Assembly: GCA_002269645.1 (NCBI GenBank)
Contig: NIVC01001476.1
Coordinates: 191,880 to 255,879 of the forward strand
Source of the DNA: Macrostomum lignano
Lineage: Eukaryota
DNA: 64,000 nucleotides
Direction: 5' to 3'
Below are positions 11,422 to 24,759 of this stretch, piece after piece; position 1 is the first letter of the stretch, and each line of letters starts with the position of its first letter. The notes below the pieces were generated by a model. It did not search any database and had not been told where the DNA came from. It worked only from the letters and a program-made list of their open reading frames with translations. A program made the translations under genes and the position numbers.

Positions 11422-14400
11422 ATGGCTGAAGAGGTGAGTGCAGCAGTGATCAAGGCCACACAGAGCTCGCTTGGCAAATATGTGAAGCGACCGCCGCTAA
11501 CAGAAAAATTGCTGGGCCGGCCGCCGTTCAAGTATCTGCACGACATCTTCACGGCAGTGATGAAGAGCACAGGTTTTATGGAGGGCCTGTTCACCGGGCC
11601 CGAGATGAACCCCGACAGTTTCAAGGATCGCGACTCAAAAATGGCGTACCTGGACAAAGTGATCCGCATGGTTGGTGAGTAGCCAAATATTAAGTATTTG
11701 GAGCTTTAGAAACGATTCTGTAAACCAATATCAGGTCTGCACATTCCATTTGTAAAAACTTCGTCTCCAACCCAATCCAGGGCTGGTCAACGGCAAAGAG
11801 GTGGCGGTAAAACCGTCCGCAATTGTGGCTGGCAAGGAGGCCGAAAAGACCAACGCGTTTCTGCAGGACCTTGCGGCTGCTATTGGCAAAAAGGTTCGAT
11901 TCAACTATATGTAGGGAATGACGAATGCAGGGAAACGAAAGCTGGCCTCCTTGCAAATTTGCACGATTTCCGAGTGCTTTAGTCGTCCATGAACCTACGC
12001 CTTTCCCCGCAGGCAAATAACGCCGATTTCGTCAAGCGCGTCCTCAACGGCGAGGGCCCGGCGGCGTCGACGGGAGGCTCCTCTAAAAAGCCATCGCGCG
12101 AGGACGGCGGCGGCAGCAAAGAGCGGCGCAAAGACGACAAACCGGACGAAGGCAGCCGGGACAAGAAGCGGGGCCGGGAGGAGGGCGGAAAGGACAGAAG
12201 CCGCGACAGGGAGAAGGAGCGGGACAAAGAGCGGGAGAAGGACAAAGACCGAGAACGTGAGAAAGGCAAAGACAGAGAGCGAGAGAAGGACAAAGACCGG
12301 GAGAGAGAAAAAGACAAAGAGCGAGAGCGAGAGAAAGGCAAAGACAGAGAGCGAGAGAAGGACAAAGACCGGGAGAGAGAAAAAGACAAAGAGCGAGAGC
12401 GAGAGAAAGGCAAAGAACGGGAGAGTAGAGATAGCAGAGGGAAAGAGAGAGACAGAGGTCGAGGCGAAAAAGACGACGACAAAGACCGGAAGCGAGGACG
12501 AGGCGACGATAAGGATAAGGTGAGCCGCTCTTCAGAGAGGCGATAGCTCGGGTTAAATAAATCTCTAATAAATAATATTTTCTACTAGATTACAATCGGC
12601 CCCATAAAACTGGAATAACAAACTCAAAAAAAATTCGCACGCAGCGAGAAAAGCCCAAACAGCCCATTGTCAACAAGCCCGTCGACAAGTCGACAAAAAA
12701 ATCGGCGGCGGCGCCGGCGCCCTCAGCTCCCCCCGCCGGCGGCGCCGCCATCTCGGCTTCTAAGGTAACCAGCTTGAATCACCGCGCCAGGCTATTGTAA
12801 AGCCTTTGAAAGAGTAGAGAAGCAAAAAAACAATGCATGTGGAGAAGAAAAAGCATTTGTTGTTAGCTTTAGATTGTGAGCCCGCACGCATGCACAACTG
12901 AAGTAGATCAAGGAAGCTACACTCGGTTTACTTAGAAATCAGCTGGAGGCCGGTAAGGAACGTGCATTTTTCGCATCACCAGTGCGAAGTCTTTGGTGAA
13001 ACCCCATTCAACGCTATGCGTTCTCTAGAAGCTAATCAACTCATTTCTAAGAAAATCGAGTGCAGCGTCCTTCAGCTTCAGTTGCCCAATGCCCGCACAG
13101 TGCACTGTGTTTTACCGCTCTGATGCAAATGGTATTTTATAATTGAGCTTCACAGTTATGCTTCACAGTGAAATGATTTACACGATTGTGCACGCAAACA
13201 TGAGTAGTTCAGAGTTCTCAGTCAGTACAGCGGCTTTGCTTGCAAATATTCCCGTTAGCAACAACGCGACGACGACGGCATACGGACGGACGAAGGCGGT
13301 GGAGCTTCGCAGCCCGGCTCCCGTCAGGGCTCCGCTGCAGCGGCGAGGTCGCAGCCGGTTGGTGCCCCAACAGTCGACTTCCAGCAAGCTGGTTCTAATC
13401 TTTTAGCTAGGGTCGCTTTGGCTTCTAAATTGACCTCACTTATACTATACGAAGGCTGAGTCATAAGTTCGTGGACAAATAATAATAATGTTGATTACAA
13501 CTGCCCCAATTGGGCCAGATGTGCAACCGACAGCTCAGCCGCAGCTATCGCGCGGCGCATCTGAAGGCTGCGTACGGCTGTTCAGTCCAAGGACTGGGGG
13601 GTCGCCACACACATCCTCAATGACCCAAGCAAATGCTGGCACCCATTTTACAGCTGGGTGAACTGAAGCAATGCAGAGTTAAGTGTCTTGCTCAAGGACA
13701 CAAATGGTTCCAGTGGGATCTGGAATCGAACCCCCGACCTTCAAGTCGTGAGTCCGATGCTCAAACCACTAAACTACAACCACTTTCTCGCAGCGAGAAA
13801 GACAAAACAGCCTATTGTAAAAGCAAGCAGTGCCGAGTCTTGTCACATAATTGCCCTTCATCTGAACACACTTTCCTGGGCAAAGAATTCCTGGGGGGGG
13901 GGTCGTTTATCCCCACTGATAGATTGCGGAATTTAGTGCAGACACACTGCTGTAGAATTCCAGCCTGTTTCTTTATCTTTAGCAGCAGATGTGGCAGATT
14001 GTGGCAGAGGTACCACTTATGACATCGAGCACTTGTCAGCGAACTTGTGACACAGCCATCGTAGCTCATGTCACAAACACTCAAGGACTTCTATTGTTGA
14101 AGGATTGGCCACTCTCAAGACATGTTTAGCTTTAGTTAGTCATAGTTCTGAGAAACTTTCACCGCAAGCAAGGTTCTAAGTCAGAGATATTAAAAACAAC
14201 TGTCGAAAATCGAAATCCATTAAGTTTTACCGATAAGATTGCCGCTTCCTTCTGCTTAGAAGAGTCCTTGATTTGTGACTGAGCAGCATCCTCGGATTAT
14301 CGCCAATCTCTGTATTTTACTCTTAAGTTTATTTGTTATCAAAGTTCTCATTCTTGATTTTATTTTCAACCGTGCTCTGTTTATTACATTTATGCAATTC

Positions 14401-17400
14401 ATTTCTCCCTGTCTCTGCCACAGACATCAAAAACAACAGCTGGGTCACTCCATTTTGTTTAGAGTTTATTTCGTTCATTCTTGCATGGAGCTAACATGGA
14501 GCTAGCATGGAACTAGCATTGAGCTAGCATGTAACTAGCATGGAGCTAGCATGTAACTAGCATGTAACTAGCATGGAACTAGCATGGAACTAGCATGGAA
14601 CTAGCATGTAACTAGCATGTAACTAGCATGGAACTAGCATGGAACTAGCATGGAACTAGCATGTAACTAGCATGGAACTAGCATGTAACTAGCATGGAGC
14701 TAGCATGTAACTAGCATGGAGCTAGCATGTAACTAGCATGGAGCTAGCATGTAACTAGCATGGAGCTAGCATGTAACTAGCATGGAGCTAGCATGTAACT
14801 AGCATGGAGCTAGCATGTAACTAGCATGTAACTAGCATGGAGCTAGCATGTAACTAGCATGGAGCTAGCATGTAACTAGCATGGAGCTAGCATGTAACTA
14901 GCATGGAGCTAGCATGTAACTAGCATGGAGCTAGCATGTAACTAGCATGGAGCTAGCATGTAACTAGCATGGAGCTAGCATGTAACTAGCATGGAACTAG
15001 CATGGAGCTAGCATGTAACTAGCATGGAACTAGCATGTAACTAGCATGGAACTAGCATGGAACTAGCATGTAACTAGCATGGAACTAGCATGGAACTAGC
15101 ATGGAACTAGCATGGAGCTAGCATGTAACTAGCATGGAGCTAGCATGTAACTAGCATGGAACTAGCATGGAACTAGCATGGAACTAGCATGGAACTAGCA
15201 TGGAACTAGCATGGAAGTAGCATGGAACTAGCATGGAACTAGCATGGAACTAGCATGGAGCTAACATGGAGCTAGCATGTAACTAGCATGGAACTAGCAT
15301 GTAGCTAGCATGGTGCTATCATGGAGCTAGCATGGAGCTAGCATGGAACTAGCATGTAACTAGCATGGTGCTATCATGCAGCTATCATGGAGCTAGCATG
15401 GAACTAGCATGGAACTAGCATGGAGCTAGCATGGAACTAGCATGTAACTAGCATGGAACTAGCATGGAACTAGCATGGAGCTAGCATGGAACTAGCATGT
15501 AACTAGCATGGAGCTAGCATGGAACTAGCATGGAACTAGCATGGAGCTAACATGGAGCTAGCATGTAACTAGCATGGAGCTAGCATGGAACTAGCATGGA
15601 ACTAGCATGTAACTAGCATGGAACTAGCATGGAGCTAGCATGTAACTAGCATGGAGCTAGCATGGAACTAGCATGGAACTAGCATGGAGCTAGCATGTAA
15701 CTAGCATGGAGCTAGCATGGAGCTAGCATGGAACTAGCATGTAACTAGCATGGAACTAGCATGGAGCTAGCATGGAACTAGCATGGAACTAGCATGGAAC
15801 TAGCATGGAACTAGCATGGAACTAGCATGGAACTAGCATGGAACTAGCATGGAACTAGCATGGAACTAGCATGTAACTAGCATGGAACTAGCATGGAACT
15901 AGCATGGAACTAGCATGGAACTAGCATGGAACTAGCATGTAACTAGCATGGAACTAGCATGGAACTAGCATGGAACTAGCATGGAACTAGCATGGAACTA
16001 GCATGGAACTAGCATGGAACTAGCATGGAAGTAGCATGGAACTAGCATGTAACTAGCATGGAACTAGTATGGAGCTAGCATGGAACTAACACTGGAACTC
16101 AAAAAGTTCTTAGACACCCCTCATATCTCTGCATCTGTTCGACCGATTTTGATGATAATTTATACAAACATGGGTCTATATTTTGATGAATTCAGTGCTA
16201 GAGTTTCAGCTTGGTCGTATGGACAGAGCGAAAGCAGTCGATCATTTACTGACGAACCTGCGAAATTAGCAATACGATTTTAAGCACATAACAAAACGTA
16301 CAAGCTAAAGGGCAAACGGTTCAAGTTGGCAAGTTCCCAAACTTCAAAAATCAGATCACCAATCATGAAAATCTTCGAAGTAATCACCGTTCCGTTGAAT
16401 GCACTTGTCATACCGCATCCGCAGCTCTTCGATCCATCCTAACCACGTGTCTCTAGGAGTCGCTCTGATGAGCCCCTCAACAGCCGTTTGCAGCTCGGGG
16501 AAGCTAGCGAACCTCTTGCCTCTCAGCTGCGCCTTGACGTGTCCAAAAAGACCATAGTCAGACGGTGCCAAATCAGGCGAGTAGGGCGGATGCTGCCACT
16601 GCTGGAATCTGAGGCTGTCGATGTGAGAGCGAGTGAGGGCTGCCGAGTGCGGCCGGGCATTGTCGCAGTGCAGCAGGACGCCCTTGCGCACGATCCGACG
16701 CCGTTGCAGTAGCTCCTGTCTCAGCCTCGTGAGCTCGTCACAAAACCGCTCGCTGTTCTGTGTCTGGCCCTGGCCGTACCACGTGAACATGAGGGGCCCG
16801 CTCGCATCCCAAAAAACACTTAACATGATCTTCTTGGGATAGGTGCCTGCGCTTTCGACGTCACCGCCGCCGCCACCCCTCGGAAGCCAGGCCCTCGACT
16901 CCCGCCGGGAGAGTGGGTCGTACAGGGCAAACATGGACTCATCTTGAGTTACAAATCTGCTTTTGAACTCGTCTCCCAGAGCTGAAATTGCCGCCCTTTG
17001 TTGCAAGCAGACTTCGTATCGGCGATTTTTCTGCTCGGCAGTTAGCAGTCTTGGCACCCATCGAGAGACCAGCTTTGACAGACCAAGATGCTCGTGCAGA
17101 ATTTGGAAGACCGAGCCACACGAAATCCCGGCGGCATTGGCCAACTCGTCAATAGTGATGTGGCCGTTTTCACTTACCAGCTCTTCGATCAGGATGGCAC
17201 TGCTGTCGTTGACTGCAGTAGCTGGTCGGCCTGAGCGTGGCTTGTCCTGCACGCTCATTTCGCCGTCCTTTCTCTTCCGGACCCAGTTCGCGACGGTTGC
17301 TCGACAGCAGGCATCATCTCCAAAACGGCTGACTAATCTCTGGTGGATAGTGTTCACGGACATTCCTTCGTCCGCAAAAGCAAAAACGATCAGGCGCTGC

Positions 17401-20400
17401 GAAACTTTATCGCCATATGCACTAGCCATTCTTAAACCATCTGAGGTTGGTTCTGCATCTCAGCATTTCAATCTGACGTTCATTCTGCGCACTCAGTCTA
17501 AATGCTGCCTACTGCTTTGTTCTATCTTTTTTGTCTATGGCTAAACCCTCGCAGCTTGAAAGTAATGATTAATCAATACTCACCGAAAGCTTTTATTCCT
17601 CTAAAAACAAGCTGCGATTTCACAACCCCCCCCCCCAGTTTAGAGTGAGGTCCAGATCCGATGCTGTTCAAAATCGTATTGCTAATTTCGTAGGTTCGTC
17701 AGTGAATGATCGATTGCTTTCGTTCTGTCTATACGACCAAGCTGAAACTCTAGCACTGAATTAATCAAATATAGACCCATGTTTGTATAAATTCTCATCA
17801 AAATCGGTCAAACAGATGCAGAGATATGAGGGGTGTCTAAGAACTTTTTGAATGCACTAAGGTAGTATAGTTACAGATTTTTGCCCATGGTTAAAACTGA
17901 CGGATGTGACGTGATTTGCCCTTCCTACTATGCCATAAAGTTGAAGTTTACTGAAAGCAGAAGTTTTCCAAGTTGCATTGCTATAAAATGGAGCGACTCA
18001 ATCCAGTGTTTGATGACCTGTGGTCTCTATTAGTCTTATCCTATTCATTAATTTCCTATTATCTTCTATTAATAATATACTTACCCCATTCTTGTACTGG
18101 TAGCTTTTCATATTAACTACCCATTAGGTGATTGTCTTTTAGTTTAAAACACTCAGTGCTGCCGCAGTGCTGTTAATGTTTTTGATTGTGAATTAAAAAT
18201 TACGAGTATTCTAGATTAAAACAAACTGTGTAAATTGTTCCACATGTACGTGTACTGTACACATTTTCAGGTGAAAGTTTTCTGCATTGCAATTGTCTGC
18301 ATTTTCTATATTTATCTACTTTCACTGATGTTGTAAAATTACCTACGCGTGAACTGTGTACTGCATGCTGAGGTGCTTGGCATGTAGGTATTAGACAATT
18401 GCATATCAAAGCTTGACAGACAGATAGACACATGCAGTGATTCAGAACTTACACACTCAGACAGATCTAAATGCATTCATAAATGCATTATTGACACAGA
18501 TATCAATTACAGCATTGACTTGCAGGTCTGTACAGCATTGACAGGCAGATCTTTAATCCATAATCCGCAGGCGGGCAACGAAGGCGGCGACGGCGGCAGC
18601 GGCCAAAAAGGCTCCAAAGATGACGAGGGCAGCCCGAACAGAATGCAGCGACCCTCCAGCGCCAAAGGCAATCGGCGTCTACGAGACGGTGAGTTGTCAT
18701 GGTAACGACTTCAACTTTGGAATTGTAGCTTATAGAAGTTTCCGGCGAGAAACCGTAGTAAGCTACTCGTATATCCTACTGTAAGAAATGATGCAAAAAC
18801 AAACTACTAATACTACTTACTCGCTCACAGCAGCTTCGGGAAATATTACGAAGTAGTTTTGCATTTCCCAGATTTCACAAAATTTTCACTCACCCGTTTT
18901 ATTTGTACTTTATAAAAGAAGACTTTGAAACACCAGTAGGTTTTTTTATAGAAACACTTGTAGAAAGTGGATGTTAAACTTTAAACCTAAGGTAAATGCG
19001 TCTGACATCACTTTTCTCGCCATTGACACCTCATCGAAAAAATAATAAACCGACGATTGTAGGTCGCCGGGCTCCAGCCAGCGCGGACTCAGGTTGAGTT
19101 TTAAATTAAGCACCTGACTTTTCTTATGCGCAGTGTGAAAATTGGTAAAAATCTTCTGGCAGGCCAGTGGAATATGAATAACATATGCTATATATACTAC
19201 TGACTGATTTAAGTAGCATCGATTAATGCGATATACTATTGTCAACTGGTTTGTCTTCTAACATTAATTATCTGTATCTTCTTAGCATAGCACTGCCTCC
19301 GTCTCTGTAGGTTCTTGACAATATATACCCATGAATATTCTGGAAGGTGTAGAATGGATTGCTAATCTATCGTCTATGAATAAAGGTGTAGAATGGATTG
19401 CTAATCTATCGTCTATGAATAAAGGTGTAGAATGGATTGCTAATCTATCGTCTTTGAATAAAGGTGTAGAATGGATTGCTAATCTATCGTCTTTGAATAA
19501 AGGTGTAGGATTTCTAATCTATCGTCTTTGAATAAAGGTGTAGAATGGATTGCTAATTTATCGTCTTTGAATAAAGGTGTAGGATTTCTAATCTATCGTC
19601 TTTGAATAAAGGTGTAGAATGGATTGCTAATCTATCGTCTTTGAATAAAGGTGTAGGATTTCTAATCTATCGTCTTTGAATAAAGGTGTAGAATGGATTG
19701 CTAATCTATCGTCTTTAAATAAAGGTGTAGAATGGATTGCTAATCTATCGTCTTTGAATAAAGGTGTAGAATGGATTGCTAATCTATCGTCTATGAATAA
19801 AGGTGTAGAATGGATTGCTAATCTATCGTCTATGAATAAAGGTGTAGAATGGATTGCTAATCTATCATCTATGAATAAAGGTGTAGAATGGATTGCTAAT
19901 CTATCGTCTATGAATAAAGGTGTAGAATGGATTGCTAATCTATCGTCTATGAATAAAGGTGTAGAATGGATTGCTAATCTATCGTCTATGAATAAAGGTG
20001 TAGAATGGATTGCTAATCTATCGTCTATGAATAAAGGTGTAGAATGGATTGCTAATCTATCGTCTTTGAATAAAGGTGTAGAATGGAGTGCTAATCTATC
20101 GTCTTTGAATAAAGGTGTAGGATTGCTAATCTATCGTCTTTGAATAAAGGTGTAGAATGGATTGCCAATCTATCGTCTATGAATAAAGGTGTAGAATGGA
20201 TTGCTAATCTATCGTCTTTGAATAAAGGTGTAGAATGGAGTGCTAATCTATCATCTATGAATAAAGGTGTAGAATGGATTGCTAATCTATCGTCTATGAA
20301 TAAAGGTGTAGAATGGATTGCTAATCTATCATCTATGAATAAAGGTGTAGAATGGATTGCTAATCTATCGTCTATGAATAAAGGTGTAGAATGGAGTGCT

Positions 20401-23400
20401 AATCTATCGTCTTTGAATAAAGGTGTAGAATGGATTGCTAATCTATCGTCTATGAATAAAGGTGTAGAATGGATTGCTAATCTATCATCTATGAATAAAG
20501 GTGTAGAATGGATTGCTAATCTATCGTCTATGAATAAAGGTGTAGAATGGATTGCTAATCTATCGTCTTTGAATAAAGGTGTAGAATGGATTGCTAATCT
20601 ATCGTCTATGAATAAAGGTGTAGAATGGATTGCTAATCTATCGTCTTTGAATAAAGGTGTAGAATGGATTGCTAATCTATCGTCTATGAATAAAGGTGTA
20701 GAATGGATTGCTAATCTATCGTCTATGAATAAAGGTGTAGAATGGATTGCTAATCTATCGTCTATGAATAAAGGAGTAGAATGGATGGGAGTTGACAATC
20801 TATAGTTTATGGATAGATAAATCGAACGGATTGTTAATCTAGCTAGTGTCCGTTAAGCCTACTGAATAAAAAATCCAATTTTTTAAATATCCTTTTATGC
20901 ATCTCTTCTGTCTCGAGCCCAGCGATTATGCCAATGTGTTTTGTTGGCTATCCATTAACATGTATACCAAGTGCCAAAAACGTGAACTTCTGTTTTGCTT
21001 CATTACATAATTCCTTAACTGGCAGAATGCGTTCTAACTACTGCTCAGCAATAGATCAGTAGTGCGGTTCGCTAATTGCACTATAAATTAATTTCAAATG
21101 GACATTATAAATATACTTTCACCCAGGCAAAATAGCAATTTGTGTTGGCCATTATTCCACAGTTGCTCCCCAATGTACATTTACCCATGTACAAATATGT
21201 CATCACGTGACTGCTTTCCCGCATTTATAATCTTACTATCCACCCCTCTGCATATTTGCATTAGCATGGAATAAGTGTGGAATAATGGCATCTGGGCTGG
21301 GCTAAATGCAATAAAATGCATTTGTTTAGTGTATAGCACAGATACTGGAATAACTAGATGGGTCACTTAGCACATTTGCGTGCAAGCTACTTTCAGTTCA
21401 GTAGTAAGTTTAACAGAAACATTTTATTGTATTTTTAAAGCCAAGGCTCATTTATTGGCTCTTACCCCCCAGCTTAAACGCTCCAAGCGCGCCTTTCCAC
21501 ACTATCCCCCACCCCGCGCCCAATTTCTAATTGGCAGCCTAAAGCTGCCATGTACATTTCAGTGGACTGGCTAATGTATATTACTGCTGAACCAATTAGC
21601 AAGCTGTTTACACCTCCAAGCTTGGGCTTCTAAACTTATCAAAGTCATTTCAGCCGCCTTTATTTTTATAAAATAACTTATGTATTCTTCTTTGCTACTG
21701 AACTGAAAGTAGAAAGCTGTTTTGCTAAGTATTATATGCCTGGGTGGCCGCCCATCTAGATATTTCGGTGCTCGCATTTCTGCAGCCATTATTCAACACA
21801 GCTAGGGGTGCATACTGAACAAGTCTGCCATTGCACTGATCTAGTTTTGGTATTAACCAAAATCGTCTATATTTATCTGGTTAATCGCCGCACAGACAAT
21901 CTCTAATGAAAATTCAAATAAAATATTATTCGGATTTCTATTCTCAAAACTTCCACGTTACCCTTTCAGAAGAAGAGCAGCAGCGCAGGCAAAGAGGTGA
22001 CGCAGAGGAGCCCAGCGGGTGAGTGGGGAACAGTCGAGGCAAGGAGCCTCAAATATTTGAAATTTTAGGGCTGCGGGCGACATGTCCCACAACCAGCGCT
22101 CACACAGGGTGTACAGCAGCCCTGACTTTCTAATCGTCGGGAATGTACACTCTTCAATGTACACACGAGGGTTTGGCCCTGATGGCTGTGAATCGCACAC
22201 GACAACGCCATTTTTTGTACTCAAGCCCCAAATATGGCCGCTCATGGAATCGAACCAGGAGTCGAGGCGTGAGGAATTATAAAAAAAAAACAGCGAATAA
22301 CCTACTCTAGAATATCCCAGAAGTAGCCTCAGAAATGTCTCAAAGTAAGCCTAAGATTCCTAATAATTATTTCTCGGAAAAATAAGCACACAAATATCAA
22401 CTTATACACCTTGAGAAGCTTGAGAGTAGCACCTACAATTACCCCAATAGTATCTTCTGACATACCCACAGAAATACACACAGATGTACCCATAGAAATG
22501 CCAATCGAAGTGCATGTACTCTCCCAAATACCACAGAAAGAGTACCCCCCGAAATACCCAAGAACAAATACCCTCCGGAATACCCCAGAAAGAATACCCT
22601 CCAAAATACCCCAGAAAGAATACCCTCCGAAATATCCAAGAACAAATACCCTCCGGAATACCCCAGAAAAAATACCCTTCGAAATATCTCAGAGGTAATA
22701 CCCTTAAAAACACCTACGAACAAATACCTTTCGAAACACCCCCAAAAATACCCTCAGAAATACCCCAAAAAATAATACCCTCCTACCCGAAAAAATACCC
22801 TCCAAACTACCCCAGAAGAAGGCTAAAACACTGGGAAATTCCCCGCCCCTCCCCCACGCAGTAGCGGTGGCCGAACCTCCAGCGCCAAGCCGGCGCCGCT
22901 GCCGAAGACCAAGGCCGGCGCCGCGGTGGTCGACGACGGCAGCGGCAAGCGCGTCAGCGGGGTGATCATCGAGCGCGACCAGGATTCCGACGACGACCAG
23001 TTCGTGGTGGAGGAGGCGCCGCCAACCCTGCTAGCCGGCGGCCTCGGTGACGACGGCGGCGGCGGCCTCGACGACGACGAAGAAGGTCGCGACGAGCAGC
23101 ACGGCGGGCTGGTGAAGGAGATGCTGAAGTCCAAGCAGGAGTTCAAGGACGCCAGCGGCGGCGCCAAGGACGCCGGCGGCAAGACGGTGCTGACCACCAC
23201 AGACGCCAACAGGAAGCGGGAGAAGGCGGCCACGGCCAGGGAGATTGACAGGCTGAAGCAGCAGCTGCAGGCGCTGACCCGGGAGGCCAACCCGCTCGGC
23301 AAAGTCATCGACTACGTGCAGGAAGACCTGGACTCCATGTCAAAGGAGCTGGAGCGGTGGCGCGCCGAGACAAAAGAGGTCATGGCCCGGCTGAAGCAGG

Positions 23401-24432
23401 AGCAGAGGTACGAAATCCAATAATATCTCTAATAATATTATGATCCCTGATCCCAAATATTCTCTGATCCCAAATACTCTCTGATCCCAAATACTCTCTG
23501 ATCCCAAATACTCTCTAATCCGAAATATTCCCTGATCCCAAATACTCTCTAATCCGAAATATTCCCTGATCCGAAATATTCCCTGATCCCAAATATTCTC
23601 TGATCCCAAATATTCTCTGATCCCAAATGCTCTCTAATCCTAAATATTCCCTGATCTCAAATATTCCTTGATCCCAAATATTCCCTGATCCCAAATATTC
23701 CTTGATCCCAAATATTCCCTGATCCCAAATATTCCTTGATCCCAAATATTCCCTGATCCCAGATATTCCCTGATCCTAAATATTCCCTGATCCCAAATAT
23801 TCCGTGATCCTAAATCCTAATTCCCTCATCCCAGATATTCCCTGATCCTAAATATTCCCTGATCCCAAATATTCCCTGATCCCAAATATTCACTGATCCT
23901 AAATATTCCCTCAAGCCAGATATTCCCTGATCCTATATATTCCCCGATTCTAAATATTCCCTGATCTCAAATATTCCTTGAATCTAAATATTCCCCGATC
24001 CTATATTCTTAGATTCCATATTTCATGATATTGAATACCAACTCTGTCAGCCCCTGAAGCCACGCACCCACCAGACCCTGAAGCCACGCACCCACCAGAC
24101 CCTGAAGCCACGCACCAACCAGCCCCTGAAGCCACGCACCCACCAGCCCCTGAAGCCACGCACCAACCAGCCCCTGAAGCCACGCACCAACCAGCCCCTG
24201 AAGCCACGCACCCACCAGACCCTGAAGCCACGCACCCACCAGACCCTAAAGCCACGATCTCCCCCGGTCCCGCAGCACGGCAGACGCCTCGCTGAATGGC
24301 CTGCGGCACCAGCTGGCTGAGCTGGAGCAAGCCGAGCGCGACAAGCTCGACCTCATCGCCACCGTCAAGGCCAACATCGTGCGCAACGATGAGCGAATAT
24401 CCAAAATGATCGAAGCGCTGAGCCGCTCCTGA
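11422..24432 (+). CDS. TRAF3IP1: TRAF3-interacting protein 1 / intraflagellar transport protein IFT54 (MIP-T3)
   Basis: The N-terminal domain has KRPPLTEKLLGRPPFKYLHDI and VAGKEAEKTNAFLQ; a charged RE/KD tract follows; the C-terminal coiled coil has YVQEDLDSMSKELERW and VKANIVRNDERISKMI. Phase-consistent exons: 11422-11674, 11781-11893, 12013-12519, 12645-12764, 13259-13357, 18571-18688, (19063-19092 possible), 21970-22018, 22862-23407, 24276-24432. Confidence 0.95.
13448..13482 (+). mobile_element. Solo mariner-type terminal repeat fragment
   Basis: TA followed by CGAAGGCTGAGTCATAAGTTCGTGGACAAAT resembles mariner TIR ends; no partner end found. Confidence 0.4.
13560..13792 (-). mobile_element. 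tRNA-derived CORE-SINE
   Basis: Minus strand: tRNA-like head (TAGTTTAGTGG...GGTTCGATTCC), then GTGTCCTTGAGCAAGACACTTAACTCTGCATTGCTTCAGTTCACCCAGCTGTAAAATGGG, which resembles the MIR CORE motif (GTGACCTTGGGCAAGTCACTTAAC...CTCAGTTTCCTCATCTGTAAAATGGG). Confidence 0.75.
14490..16090. repeat. 11-mer satellite AACTAGCATGG
   Basis: About 1.6 kb array in TRAF3IP1 intron 5. Confidence 0.97.
16099..17851 (-). mobile_element. Mariner DNA transposon with about 185-bp imperfect terminal inverted repeats
   Basis: About 16099-16285 is the reverse complement of about 17663-17851 with scattered mismatches; the repeats enclose an intact transposase ORF. Confidence 0.92.
16356..17429 (-). CDS. Mariner transposase, DD34D, 357 aa, uninterrupted
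   Basis: HTH N-terminus; WVPRLL linker; FVTQDES (D1), LLHCDNARPH (D2), HPPYSPDLAPSDY (D3); 34 residues counted between D2 and D3. Confidence 0.96.
   Translation of the reverse strand: MASAYGDKVSQRLIVFAFADEGMSVNTIHQRLVSRFGDDACCRATVANWVRKRKDGEMSVQDKPRSGRPATAVNDSSAILIEELVSENGHITIDELANAAGISCGSVFQILHEHLGLSKLVSRWVPRLLTAEQKNRRYEVCLQQRAAISALGDEFKSRFVTQDESMFALYDPLSRRESRAWLPRGGGGGDVESAGTYPKKIMLSVFWDASGPLMFTWYGQGQTQNSERFCDELTRLRQELLQRRRIVRKGVLLHCDNARPHSAALTRSHIDSLRFQQWQHPPYSPDLAPSDYGLFGHVKAQLRGKRFASFPELQTAVEGLIRATPRDTWLGWIEELRMRYDKCIQRNGDYFEDFHDW
19345..20780. repeat. 39-mer minisatellite AATAAAGGTGTAGAATGGATTGCTAATCTATCGTCTATG
   Basis: 13-aa periodic artefact ORFs (MNKGVEWIANLSS). Confidence 0.97.
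22085..22275 (-). mobile_element. tRNA-derived SINE (family A), 5'-truncated
   Basis: Minus strand GGTTCGATTCC B-box and GAGTGTACATTCCCGACGATTAGAAAGTCAGGGCTGCTGTACACCCTGTGTGAGCG core. Confidence 0.7.
22540..22815. repeat. Degenerate AAATACCCC-based minisatellite
   Basis: Direct inspection; ends just before the acceptor at 22861. Confidence 0.8.
23445..24000. repeat. 17-mer minisatellite CCCTGATCCCAAATATT
   Basis: Direct inspection. Confidence 0.93.
24050..24255. repeat. 24-mer minisatellite CCCCTGAAGCCACGCACCCACCAG
   Basis: Direct inspection; abuts the last TRAF3IP1 acceptor. Confidence 0.93.
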
Positions 24433-24759
24433 GCTTTGAGCGGGGGAAAACTTTTCTGTGATTCTGATTTGTTTTAAAATGCAATGCTTTAGCTTCATCG
24501 CTTCGGAAGAAGTATAATCTCTTTTTTATAAAGTACTTCTATCTCTGTGAGCTCACCTAACAACAGAAGAATTTCGAACACGGCTTGAAGACGAGAAACA
24601 GTAATTACTTGTAACAGTATATATCGATTAGTCTACTCAATTCTTATCTGAATTGGGATAAGTGACGACAGAATGGACAGGTAGGGTAGAGTGCTTGTAC
24701 AGCTGGGGACGAGACGTTGTTGCCAAAATGACATGAGAGCAGCTTTGACCTCTCCTGTC

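Noticed and set aside
7974-11422. A functional link between the SEFIR-like receptor and adjacent TRAF3IP1
   Set aside because: The SEFIR adaptor is TRAF3IP2/Act1; TRAF3IP1 is the ciliary protein IFT54, so the name similarity is no evidence of a pathway cluster
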